A stretch of DNA of 63,998 nucleotides, counting the filler, from Candidatus Babelota bacterium (GTDB taxonomy: Bacteria; JAGOBX01): assembly GCA_017999075.1 (NCBI GenBank). It is 9 parts of 9 records of this genome, joined end to end, with 100 filler letters (N's around TTAATTAATTAA, not from the genome) between each part and the next. Parts side by side here need not be neighbours in the genome. Positions count along the whole stretch, not along the records: positions 1 to 24,673 come from JAGOBX010000005.1; 8 more parts are not named here. One strand, written 5' to 3'. A program made the position numbers and the translations under genes. The notes beneath the pieces are model-generated. The model made no database searches, was not told where the DNA came from, and saw only the letters and a program-made list of their open reading frames with translations. Positions 1-9,302 of this stretch are shown here, in pieces (the first letter of the stretch is position 1; the number at the start of each line of letters is the position of its first letter).

Positions 1-234
1 TTGCACAGAGGAATTGCCGTAAGAAAACAAACTGTTATCAGCTGGCGCGGTAATAGACAAATTTAAATAATATAACTCAATATTCATTTTTTTATGGCCC
101 GCTTTTCAGTGTGCGTTTTTTTGTTTGCCTGTTCTTGATAATTTTTCGATAGCCGTAGCTGTAAGACAGATAGATTGCTACTGTGAATAATTTTCCTGTT
201 TTGCAATGCTCGCATTTATTGAACTCAAGATTGT
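1..234. repeat. Direct repeat copy 1 (IS91-like transposase 3' tail and downstream DNA); open at window start
   Basis: Aligns without gaps to 1415-1648; 11 mismatches in 234 nt by manual count. Confidence 0.95.
92..234 (-). pseudogene. C-terminal remnant of an IS91-family-like transposase (copy 1)
   Basis: Encodes LEFNKCEHCKTGKL...KSGP*, resembling the CxxC-K-G-x-L...(R)GP tail of IS91-family transposases; no catalytic region. Confidence 0.5.
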
Positions 235-435
235 CGATTTTTGCTTTCCGACTTAGGCCGCAATTATTTTCATTGACCGAGCAAAAACGTTTGACGATTT
301 GCGAAAGAAAGTTTAAAATGTTAAAAATGAAACGGAGCGTTTTGCTCTGGGTTAAAAAGACAGTCAACGCCGTCGGCAAAAAATCGTGCCATTTTCGCGG
401 GCGCGAAAACCGCCGAGATTCGACTGCCCGTGTCC

Positions 436-454
436 GTTATGCGTCATAGCTCTT
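436..454 (+). repeat. Left cassette boundary with GTTRRRY core (GTTATGC)
   Basis: GTTATGCGTCATAGCTCTT is the near-perfect reverse complement of AAGAGCTACGGACGCATAAC at 1168-1187. Confidence 0.75.
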
Positions 455-470
455 AAAAAAAAGAAAATGG

Positions 471-506
471 TTGACTTGAATATATGTATGTGCTATTATG
501 TATGTA
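471..506 (+). promoter_or_regulatory. Sigma70-type promoter of the TA operon with a probable autoregulatory operator
   Basis: TTGACT (471-476), 17 nt, TG-C-TATTAT (494-499); ATGTATGT repeated on both sides of the -10 box. Confidence 0.65.
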
Positions 507-525
507 AATAAAAATATAGGGAGAT

Positions 526-771
526 ATGAACATGCACCGCACAACAATATTATTGCCAGAAAGATTAAAGACAAAAGCAAATGTTAGAGCGAACACATTA
601 GGAATATCATTGGGTGAGTTTATTCGCTTATCAATCGAAAGTAATCTTAAATCGCAAATTAGAGAAAAAAAAAATGATCCATTTATCCAAGATGATTACA
701 TTTTTACAGAATGCAATGCATCAGATTGTAGTATAAATCATGATAATTATATCTATGGTGATTTGAAATGA
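526..771 (+). CDS. vapB: RHH/CopG-type antitoxin (VapB-like)
   Basis: 81 aa; N-terminal RTTILLPERL...GISLGEFIR RHH pattern; GGGAG RBS; ATGA overlap with the PIN gene. Confidence 0.8.
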   Translation: MNMHRTTILLPERLKTKANVRANTLGISLGEFIRLSIESNLKSQIREKKNDPFIQDDYIFTECNASDCSINHDNYIYGDLK

Positions 772-1166
772 TTTTTATTGATACAGGAGCATTTATCGCA
801 AAATATATAGCTAATGATCAATATCATATAGCATCTATAAAAAAATGGAATAAAATTCTTGATAAAAACAAGCTATTTACAAGCAATCATATTATTGATG
901 AAACAATAACATTGTTGATGAGAAAAACTACGTCAATTTTTGCAGTTGAAAAGGCAAAAATATTTTACCAGACAGAAGTTTTTAAAATATTGCGGACTGA
1001 TATGGAGGATGAACTTTCGGCTCTAAAATTATTAGAGAAATATAAAGACCAAGAAATTACTTTTACTGATTGTTTAACAGCCGTTTTAATGAAGCGATAT
1101 AATATAAAAAAGATTTTTACTTATGATAGACATTTTAATTTATTTAATTTTGAAATTGCAAATTAA
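768..1166 (+). CDS. vapC: PIN-domain toxin (VapC family)
   Basis: IFIDTGAFIA...DQYH, IIDET, ITFTDC and IFTYDRHF PIN motifs. Confidence 0.92.
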   Translation: MIFIDTGAFIAKYIANDQYHIASIKKWNKILDKNKLFTSNHIIDETITLLMRKTTSIFAVEKAKIFYQTEVFKILRTDMEDELSALKLLEKYKDQEITFTDCLTAVLMKRYNIKKIFTYDRHFNLFNFEIAN

Positions 1167-1167
1167 G

Positions 1168-1264
1168 AAGAGCTACGGACGCATAACTTTTAAGGTGTAA
1201 ACGATGTTGCGGGATAGCAGAAAAGTAGTATCTTTCCGCAACTGTGTTTTACGCCAAGATGAAC
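1168..1264 (+). repeat. attC-like site: RYYYAAC core and imperfect hairpin
   Basis: GCATAAC (1181-1187) just after the vapC stop; GGTGTAAAC..GTTGCGG pairs with CCGCAAC..GTTTTACGCC with bulges; right core degenerate (GATGAAC 1258-1264). Confidence 0.6.
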
Positions 1265-1414
1265 GAAGCCGCGTCTGAACCCTAAAATATTAATAATGGA
1301 ATTTGAATCGTTTCTGATAAAGTGAGATAAAAAAATCTTAAGATAAAATCACAAATTTATAGACTGGATAGCAGAAAATCAGATAAATTATTCTTGAGAA
1401 AGATTATAGTATGA

Positions 1415-1648
1415 TTGCACAGAGGAATTGCCGTAAGAAAACAAACTGTTATCAGTTGGCGTGGTAATAGATAAATTTAAAAAATATAACTCAATATTCA
1501 TTTTTTTATGACCCTCTTTTCTGTGTGCGTTTTTTTGTTTGCCTGTTCTTGATAATTTTTCGATAGCCGTAGATGTAAGGCAGATAGATTGCTAGTGTGA
1601 ATAATTTTCCTGTTTTGCAATGCTCGCATTTATCGAACTCAAGATTGT
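1415..1648. repeat. Direct repeat copy 2
   Basis: ~95% identical to 1-234. Confidence 0.95.
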
Positions 1649-1784
1649 TTTTTTTAATGTAAAAGATTTTGTTTGAAAATGAGAATGCCGTTTCGAGCGG
1701 ATTGTCCTGAACTCTGATATGATCGAAAATGGATAGAGCCGCGTCAAATTCCTTTCCAAGCAGTTTTTTGCAAAAAAGAAGCAC
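1506..1784 (-). pseudogene. C-terminal remnant of an IS91-family-like transposase (copy 2)
   Basis: LFCKKLLG...CEHCKTGKL...KRGS*; truncated at the 5' end. Confidence 0.55.
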
Positions 1785-1842
1785 GAAAAAATAAATTTAT
1801 TGTTTTTTTAAATTATTATGCTATAAAATTATTGCTCAACTT

Positions 1843-1869
1843 AGTGTCTACTTTTTCGGGGCAAGATCA
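1843..1869. mobile_element. Orphan IS3-family-like terminal inverted repeat
   Basis: Reverse complement TGATCTTGCCCCGAAAAAGTAGACACT matches the typical IS3-family end pattern (TGA...GACA). Confidence 0.55.
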
Positions 1870-1928
1870 ACTTTTTTCAATCCGAGAACTTATTGATTTA
1901 TTTATAAATACAAGTATAATTAAAAATT

Positions 1929-2606
1929 ATGGTCGATAAATACATAGCTAAATTAGTTGATATTAAAAAAAATTATATGCTTGGAAATGTAGTAGCTCCG
2001 GCATTGAAGGGAATTACTTTAAATATACCTCATAAAAAATTCAATGTAATAATCGGTCAATCAGGCAGCGGCAAATCCACATTATTAAATTTAATAGGAT
2101 GTATTGATAAACCTACTTCAGGTTCAATAACAGTATGTGATCAGGATATAACGAAATTAAATGATAATGAGCTATCCGATTTTCGGGCTAAAAATATAGG
2201 TTTTATTTTTCAGTCATATAACTTAATACCTGTATTAAGCGTATTCGAAAATGTAGAATATCCTTTGCTGTTAACTAAAACACCTAAACAAGATCGAAAA
2301 GAAAAAGTTATGAATGCGCTTGAAACAGTAAAATTAGCTGATCATTGGAAAAAACTTCCTAATGAATTAAGCGGCGGACAGCGTCAGCGTGTAGCTATTG
2401 CACGTTCGTTTGTCAAACAGCCGGAATTGGTGCTTGCTGATGAGCCAACTGCCAACCTTGATCATAAAACAGGTTCTGAGATAATCAAGCTTATGTATGA
2501 AATGCAGGAAAAAAACGGCATTACATTCATTTTTTCAACGCACGACAAAAACCTTATTTATAATGCAGAAGATATTTTTATGATAATTGACGGCGAGTTA
2601 TTGTAA
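1929..2606 (+). CDS. ABC transporter ATP-binding protein (LolD/MacB-like)
   Basis: GQSGSGKST Walker A, LSGGQRQR signature, LADEPTANLD. Confidence 0.95.
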   Translation: MVDKYIAKLVDIKKNYMLGNVVAPALKGITLNIPHKKFNVIIGQSGSGKSTLLNLIGCIDKPTSGSITVCDQDITKLNDNELSDFRAKNIGFIFQSYNLIPVLSVFENVEYPLLLTKTPKQDRKEKVMNALETVKLADHWKKLPNELSGGQRQRVAIARSFVKQPELVLADEPTANLDHKTGSEIIKLMYEMQEKNGITFIFSTHDKNLIYNAEDIFMIIDGELL

Positions 2607-2624
2607 TATATTAAACAAAAGACA

Positions 2625-4055
2625 ATGAAAACTATAAGTATAGCATACCGAAATATATTCAGAAACAAACGTAGATCAATAATGACTATAATAGCAATAA
2701 GCGTTAGCGCTATTGCTTTGTTATTATTTGGAGGATTTGTTTCTTCTATTATGAAAAATATAGAAACCGGAATAATAATGTCAACCGGACATCTTCACAT
2801 TTACAAAAAAGGATACACTGATTTTGGCGCAGGGAATACTGCAAATTATGGAATTGATAATTATCAGGAAATAATAAAAATAATAAAAAATTCTAATGAA
2901 TTAAAGCAGTATATAAAAGTAACAACAAATTTTCTTTTTTTCGGAGGGATTGCTGGGAATTATAAAGTTGGGGCATCAAACATTTTTTCTGGTCTTGGCA
3001 TTGAACCTAAGGCATTAAAAGAAATGAATGCATGGAATGATTATAATGTCAGATTAACAAAATCAGGTTTAAATTTTCAAATTGACGATAATGACGTTAA
3101 TAACGGACTTATAGGTTATGGACTTGCTAAAATGTTAAGATTAACTGAACTGCTTGATGAACGTGATGTAATAAAAGAAGAGGCTGAACCTGATTCTACT
3201 GCCAATTCAAAGTCTGCAACAACATCTTCAGAAACATTTGATTTTTCCGGATTACTTGAAGCTGTTGGAACAGACAAACCTGAAGAAACCTCAAAAAAAT
3301 ATATAACTAAAATAGATTTGCTTGCTTCAACAGCAGAAGGCGGAGCACCGAATGTAATAAATTTATATTTAAACAAAGCTGCCAAGTTTCCGCAAAAAGT
3401 TCATAATGATAATTTTATAATAGCTAATATTGAGCTTGCACAAAATCTAATTTACGGGCATTCGGAAAAAAAGGTTACAGCTATAGTTCTTCAATTAAAA
3501 AAAACGAATGATTTAAATAAGGTAAAACAGATAATAATAGATAAACTAAAACCCACAAAATTTTTTGAAAATATCGAAATTAAAAGTTTTAACGAAATCA
3601 GACCTGAATATAATCAGACAATTAATATGTTTGTTATAATATTCAGTTTTGTTGCAATAATAATGATTATGATAATAATAGTCGTTTTATCAAATACAAT
3701 GTCGATGAGCGTGATGGAACGATACAATGAAATAGGTACTTTACGTGCGCTTGGACTTAGAAGGATTAGAATATTGAAACAATTTGTTGCAGAAGGTTTG
3801 TTATTAGGATTGATAGGTTCAATTTTTGGAATAATTATATCAATCGTTATTGCTTATATTGTTAATACATCTGAAATTACCTGGATACCGCCAAGTTATG
3901 CAAATGAATTGCTTTTAAGCATACATATTTTTATAATCCCATGGTTTTTACCTGTTATTACTATTGGAATAATTGCAATTTCAGGAATTGCTTCAGTTAT
4001 ACCAGCATATAAAGCTGCGGAAATGAATATAGTTGATGCATTAAGACATAACTAA
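2625..4055 (+). CDS. ABC transporter permease (FtsX/LolE-like)
   Basis: RNIFRNKRRS N-terminus, ERYNEIGTLRALG, four TM segments and a large periplasmic loop. Confidence 0.92.
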   Translation: MKTISIAYRNIFRNKRRSIMTIIAISVSAIALLLFGGFVSSIMKNIETGIIMSTGHLHIYKKGYTDFGAGNTANYGIDNYQEIIKIIKNSNELKQYIKVTTNFLFFGGIAGNYKVGASNIFSGLGIEPKALKEMNAWNDYNVRLTKSGLNFQIDDNDVNNGLIGYGLAKMLRLTELLDERDVIKEEAEPDSTANSKSATTSSETFDFSGLLEAVGTDKPEETSKKYITKIDLLASTAEGGAPNVINLYLNKAAKFPQKVHNDNFIIANIELAQNLIYGHSEKKVTAIVLQLKKTNDLNKVKQIIIDKLKPTKFFENIEIKSFNEIRPEYNQTINMFVIIFSFVAIIMIMIIIVVLSNTMSMSVMERYNEIGTLRALGLRRIRILKQFVAEGLLLGLIGSIFGIIISIVIAYIVNTSEITWIPPSYANELLLSIHIFIIPWFLPVITIGIIAISGIASVIPAYKAAEMNIVDALRHN

Positions 4056-4145
4056 TTATTTTAACTAAAGCAGGAATTAATTGGGAAATTCAATAAATAC
4101 TTTTCAGATTAATTAAATGATAAATATATTTTCAGGAGGGATAAA

Positions 4146-4934
4146 ATGAGTTTGAAATTATTTAAGATTTTTTTAATATCTGTAATTATATCTTTTGTTT
4201 TTGCAATAAGCGTTCTGGCTGATAAACCCGCTGCCAATGAGTTACTTGTCCGGGCTGACAAAATCAGGAACCCTGAAAAATCTTTCAAGATGCAAGCGAC
4301 TCTTATTGAATACAGAAACAGCAAAGAAACTCAGAAAATGGTTTTTTCTGTTTATTCAAAACCTGATGAAAAAAGCGGTGAATACAATACAATAATAAAA
4401 TTTGTCGAACCGTCAAAAGATAAAGGAAAGCTTATGCTTAAAGATGGTGCGAATATATGGTTTTTCGATCCTATGTCAAAGTCAACTGCAAGAATTTCTC
4501 CGCAGCAGCGTTTGATGGGGCAAACTTCAAACGGAGATGTTATGACCATAACTTTAAATAAGGATTACAATGCGAAGATTATTAAAGAAGAAACAATAGT
4601 TAATGCCGACAAACAGAAAGTAGAATATTATATGCTCGAACTTACTGCAAAAGATAATACTTCTAATTATTTCAGAATAGAATATTGGATAGAAAAAGAA
4701 ACAGCTAAACCTGTAAAAGGCAATTATTATTCGGCAAGCGACAGATTGACAAAAATAATTTTCTACCGTAATTACCGTAAAGAACTTGGTATGCTGAGAC
4801 CAACTGAAGCTATAATAATTGATGGTATAGATAAAAATTTTATTACAAGGATGATATTTGGGAGTTATCAATACATTGATATTAAGGATGAATTTTTTCA
4901 AAAATCTGCACTTGCAGGTTTCAATCTTGAATAG
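4146..4934 (+). CDS. Outer-membrane lipoprotein-sorting (LolA-like) protein
   Basis: Signal peptide; KFVEPSKDKGKLML...RISPQQRLMGQTSNGDV; follows the LolD/E-like pair. Confidence 0.8.
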   Translation: MSLKLFKIFLISVIISFVFAISVLADKPAANELLVRADKIRNPEKSFKMQATLIEYRNSKETQKMVFSVYSKPDEKSGEYNTIIKFVEPSKDKGKLMLKDGANIWFFDPMSKSTARISPQQRLMGQTSNGDVMTITLNKDYNAKIIKEETIVNADKQKVEYYMLELTAKDNTSNYFRIEYWIEKETAKPVKGNYYSASDRLTKIIFYRNYRKELGMLRPTEAIIIDGIDKNFITRMIFGSYQYIDIKDEFFQKSALAGFNLE

Positions 4935-4939
4935 ATGTA

Positions 4940-6379
4940 ATGCATAAATATTGTTTTGGAATTTTATTTATTTTTTTTAGTTATATTAATTTTATTTCAG
5001 CAGATGAATTTAATTTTGATTTTTTAAATGCAGATACATCAGCAGAACCGGTTGAATCTTTTAAAAATAGCGAACAGAATAATATTCAATTGAATTTTGT
5101 AATTGAACAAACATTCAGATTTAATTCAAAAAACTCTAAAATTCCGAAAAGCAATATCCCCTTAGATTTTTTTTATGATTGGAATAACAGAATAACATTA
5201 TCTTCAAAAATAAAATTTAAAATAACAGACAGGATTAATCTTAATTTATATGATAGACTGAATTATATAATCGACGATAAAAATAATTTGACGAGCGCAT
5301 TAGTTAATAATGATGTGAATGAATTATTTTTTAATTTTGCCATAGACAGTTTAAACTCGTTTAATATTGGCAGAATAAACATGAAAAACGGTGCGGCAAT
5401 AGGTTTTAATCCTACAGATTTTTTAAAAAAATATGCCGGTAATGAAAAAGTTTCAGATGATCCTATAGTGTTGAGGGAAAACCGGCTTGGCGTATTAATG
5501 GCAAGTTATCAAAATATAAATAAATTAGGGGCTATTTCTGTAGCAGCTATTCCTTCAATAAATACAGAAATTAATAAATGGCATACAACGCGAGGTTCAT
5601 TTCCGTTAAATCTGAACAAAACAAACAATCTGGAAAAATATATTGTCAAACTTGAATTGAATACATTCAATAATGTTCAGCCGGAATTATTATATATTTC
5701 TGAAAAAGGACAATCAGGATTCGGAGCTAATATTTCATCGTCAATCAGTGATAATATTATAATTTATGCAGAATGGTCAGGCACCAAGAAAAAAAATATA
5801 CTTATGGAAACAATTTTAAAATACTGTTATGATTATGGTATTTCCAAGGATTTACCTGAAACAGTTCTGCCTGATTTCATAAAAAATAAAAAATATAAAA
5901 ATGAGATATCCGCAGGTTTTTCGTACACAGAAAAAAAATATAAACGAACAACATATATTGAATACCATTATAATCAAAACGGAGTAAATAAAAATTATGT
6001 TAAATATGTTGCAGAGTCAGAATATTACAATACCATAAAACATTATTTTAATCAAATAGATTTATATATGCCTCATTATTACTTATATTGGGCCACGCGA
6101 GACAATTCGAACAATTTAATGGAACCGTATTATAAAAAACAATTATTTTTTAGAAATCAGTGGTTTGAAGCATTTCACAAAAAAATTAATTTAGTAACTA
6201 TGATTCAATATAATCTAATAGATAATAGTTATTATTCCAAATTCATTTTAGAATATAATTATAATAACAGATTAATATTCAATAGTTCTGCTGTATTTTA
6301 TATCGGAGATTTAGATTCTGAATATGGCGGTCTTCCTGAATCGTATAATATAAAAGCTGGTTGTTCTTATTATTTTTAA
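4940..6379 (+). CDS. Putative outer-membrane beta-barrel protein
   Basis: Signal peptide, FNPTDF motif, alternating aromatic strands, C-terminal ...CSYYF. Confidence 0.65.
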   Translation: MHKYCFGILFIFFSYINFISADEFNFDFLNADTSAEPVESFKNSEQNNIQLNFVIEQTFRFNSKNSKIPKSNIPLDFFYDWNNRITLSSKIKFKITDRINLNLYDRLNYIIDDKNNLTSALVNNDVNELFFNFAIDSLNSFNIGRINMKNGAAIGFNPTDFLKKYAGNEKVSDDPIVLRENRLGVLMASYQNINKLGAISVAAIPSINTEINKWHTTRGSFPLNLNKTNNLEKYIVKLELNTFNNVQPELLYISEKGQSGFGANISSSISDNIIIYAEWSGTKKKNILMETILKYCYDYGISKDLPETVLPDFIKNKKYKNEISAGFSYTEKKYKRTTYIEYHYNQNGVNKNYVKYVAESEYYNTIKHYFNQIDLYMPHYYLYWATRDNSNNLMEPYYKKQLFFRNQWFEAFHKKINLVTMIQYNLIDNSYYSKFILEYNYNNRLIFNSSAVFYIGDLDSEYGGLPESYNIKAGCSYYF

Positions 6380-6426
6380 ATTATTCTGAAAAAAATATTT
6401 TTTTTGATTTTTAATAAAACTTGACA

Positions 6427-7332
6427 TTATTCCCAGAGTCCGAAAATTTTATTTTTATCAATTTCCGGTTCGTTTTTATTATACATTCTGGTCATTGAAA
6501 ACGTGTTTTTAAAATTATATTTTTTAGCGAGTAATAATGCTGCCGGATTATTTTCCGGAATATCCATGAATACAGGTTCGCCAATTTTTATAAAATTTAC
6601 CGCATAAGAAAAAATATATTCGGCTGTTTCAAAATTATCTGCATATAATGGTTCAAACCGATACCCGCAGAAAGCTTTTTTTAATACCCCATATCCGCAA
6701 ATATTATTTTCTGAATCTTTAACGCAAAAACTGAACGATTGAGACTGAAAAATCCATAACCTTATTAATTTAGATCTGTCCGCAGGAAAGCAGCATCTGT
6801 CATAATTTATAATTTTGTTGAAATAAATAAAATTATTATCTATTGGAATTATTTTATAATCATCTGATAAATTACTGATTTTTAAATCATGCTGTTTAAC
6901 ATAACAATATCTATTTATGTTAAACGCCGGTTTAAAACCGAGGAACCCGTAAAATTTAACTTTGTTCTTAACAGCATTTATACTTATATTCCTATCTTTG
7001 ATATGCGCAAGAAATTTCCAGCCGAGTTCAGCTCCAAGCAATTTATTGCGAAATTCTTTTTTTACTATAAAAACTCCGGCAACAGCGAAATTATTTTCGT
7101 AAAAAATTGAAAAAACAAATCCTATAGGTTCATCATTATAAACTCCCATAAAAAAACCTGAAGGATCAGTTTGATAATATATATCCGCGTCATTAATGCC
7201 TGGATTCCAATTTTCATCGATGGTCCATTTAACTGCAATATCAATGTCGTTTCTACATGGTCTTAAAACAGTAATTTTACTATTGTTTATAAATTTATTT
7301 TTTAATTTTTCTTTATTAAGAACATCAAACAT
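6427..7332 (-). CDS. GNAT N-acetyltransferase (two-domain, YitH-like)
   Basis: ENWNPG..D, VKKEFRNKLLG, FYGFLGFK, YDRCCFPADR, EPLYAD, MDIPENN. Confidence 0.8.
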   Translation of the reverse strand: MFDVLNKEKLKNKFINNSKITVLRPCRNDIDIAVKWTIDENWNPGINDADIYYQTDPSGFFMGVYNDEPIGFVFSIFYENNFAVAGVFIVKKEFRNKLLGAELGWKFLAHIKDRNISINAVKNKVKFYGFLGFKPAFNINRYCYVKQHDLKISNLSDDYKIIPIDNNFIYFNKIINYDRCCFPADRSKLIRLWIFQSQSFSFCVKDSENNICGYGVLKKAFCGYRFEPLYADNFETAEYIFSYAVNFIKIGEPVFMDIPENNPAALLLAKKYNFKNTFSMTRMYNKNEPEIDKNKIFGLWE

Positions 7333-7345
7333 GGTTTCATCTCCA

Positions 7346-8974
7346 CTATTTTTTTACCGGGTCTGAATCTGTAAAATCAGAACTAATTACGGCTTGATTA
7401 AAATAAACTGTTCGCTGAATTTCCGGTTGGATAGAATGTCCGTCATTTAAAAATTTTCTGTATTTTTTTCCTTTAAAAATTAAATATTCCGATAATATCC
7501 GGTCTTTTAAGTCTGGTTTTCCGACAATTTTAATTGAATCGTCAATCACTTTTTTTATAAATTTTTTATGATTTTCGAATTGGGCAAGTTTTAGAGATGC
7601 AATGATGAACGGTAAATAATTTTTTATTTCAGAATATATTTTTTTCAGTCGTTTATTATGAAGTGGATCTCCGTCAAATTTTTTTGAATAATGAAATCCT
7701 TTTATATTGACAGCAACTTTGCGGATCATACTTGGACCAAATCTTTCGTATTCTGTTTTATATGCGTATTCTCTAATCATTTCCGACTCAAGTGGCGTGA
7801 ATTCAGGATGGTAGTGAGCAAGTTGTTTCAAGCCGTTTCGTTCTTCAAGAGGGACAGCGTCAAATATTCTATTTTCATCGCGCATTTTTTTATAAAGTTT
7901 TGTTCCTATCAGAGGTAAATACAGCATATATTGGTAATACGGAGAATTTAATGAGTATGCCCATTCTATATCCTTATAAATATTATTTTTTTTATGATTA
8001 TCATGGCAAAGCAACATAGAAGTTATAGTTGAAATGCCGGCATCTAAAATTTTACTGATTAACACAGGCAGTTCTTCAATTGTATTTTTTTTATAATCTG
8101 AAAATTGCGATTCAACTCCTATCCATATTAAATCAATTCCCGCGCGTGAAATATCAAATATTGAATTTTTCATAATTTCGTCAAATGCTGAAAAAACGCT
8201 GAAATCCACAAAACCGTCTATTTCAGTTTGACATTCAGTTAATATATTAAGAATATTCTTATTGTTTTGAAATAGATTTTCATCTCCTACAAATAAAATC
8301 TTGTCAGCTTTTTTTTCACGGCACAGATACAATATGTAATCTTTTATTTCAGCACTGTTCATAAAACTTATTTTTTTACCGAAAAATGCGGATGTCATGC
8401 AAAAATCGCAATTATTATCGCACCCGAGCGAATTGGATATAATATAACCTAATTTTTTTTTAATTTTTTTTCCGAATATCACAGGATTAAATGAATAAAT
8501 ATCTGGATGTTTAAATTTTAAATTTTTAATGCCTAATAATTCCTGCATAAACGAAATACCATCGCCTTTACAAATATAATCTGCAGCGGTAATTTCTTTC
8601 AAATTTGGAATCAGTGTTCCTGTCCCGCCCAATATTATTTTACTTGACTGCGAATATGATTTTATAAGTTCGCACATATGTTTTGTTTTTAAAAAATTAG
8701 GCTGTATAAATGAAATTCCGATATATTCATATTTATTTTTTTTTATTTCTTCAATGAATCCGGAAATTGAAGGAAAATCAAGAACTGTAATTTCACAGCC
8801 TGTTAAATTATTCGCTATCAGATGCAACCCGTAACTTGAATAATTTATAAACGGAACAAAAATATCCTGAAAACTTAAAATTTGCGAACGCAGTAAATCC
8901 ATTGGCATTTCTTTACGTGTAAATTGATTATCTGTTGCAAATGGCTGAAATACCGAAGTTAATAATATTTTCAT
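7346..8974 (-). CDS. B12-binding-domain radical SAM protein
   Basis: GCDNNCDFC (CxxxCxxC); YIGISF and KIILGG cobalamin-binding region; WIGVES. Confidence 0.88.
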   Translation of the reverse strand: MKILLTSVFQPFATDNQFTRKEMPMDLLRSQILSFQDIFVPFINYSSYGLHLIANNLTGCEITVLDFPSISGFIEEIKKNKYEYIGISFIQPNFLKTKHMCELIKSYSQSSKIILGGTGTLIPNLKEITAADYICKGDGISFMQELLGIKNLKFKHPDIYSFNPVIFGKKIKKKLGYIISNSLGCDNNCDFCMTSAFFGKKISFMNSAEIKDYILYLCREKKADKILFVGDENLFQNNKNILNILTECQTEIDGFVDFSVFSAFDEIMKNSIFDISRAGIDLIWIGVESQFSDYKKNTIEELPVLISKILDAGISTITSMLLCHDNHKKNNIYKDIEWAYSLNSPYYQYMLYLPLIGTKLYKKMRDENRIFDAVPLEERNGLKQLAHYHPEFTPLESEMIREYAYKTEYERFGPSMIRKVAVNIKGFHYSKKFDGDPLHNKRLKKIYSEIKNYLPFIIASLKLAQFENHKKFIKKVIDDSIKIVGKPDLKDRILSEYLIFKGKKYRKFLNDGHSIQPEIQRTVYFNQAVISSDFTDSDPVKK

Positions 8975-9010
8975 AATATTTTAAAAATATTGGTTTTTAA
9001 ATTTTGAAAC

Positions 9011-9136
9011 TGTAATATGGAACTGTTTCCAAAATATATTTATATATTTTTTTACAAAATAAACTTATGGTTTATCAATATATAAATTTTGCAAAAAATG
9101 GCAGAACTGCCATTTGGAAACATTCCCCATATTGCA
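9011..9136. mobile_element. Putative ~125-bp MITE with imperfect terminal inverted repeats
   Basis: TGTAATATGG-AACTGTTTCCAAA versus TTTGGAAACATTCCCCATATTGCA; internal palindrome AAATGGCAG-AA-CTGCCATTT; right end recurs at 45174-45207. Confidence 0.55.
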
Positions 9137-9302
9137 TTTTCTGCACTGTTTTCATTATATATGAAAAAAATATATAATTAAGGGGAATGTTTGTCAATAG
9201 TATTTGGGAATATCTTCAAACACGAGCGTTTGGATTATACCACAGTGAACCAAGATTTTTGAGTCAGAAAATTATATTGTTTAAAAATACACATTTGATA
9301 TG

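Noticed and set aside
183-449. 88-aa plus-strand ORF, and the N-terminal half of the 92-379 ORF
   Set aside because: Runs across the repeat and hairpin DNA with no RBS or recognisable motif; likely spurious
9075-9155. 26-codon ORF upstream of the radical SAM as a RiPP precursor
   Set aside because: No RBS and it lies largely within the MITE-like repeat
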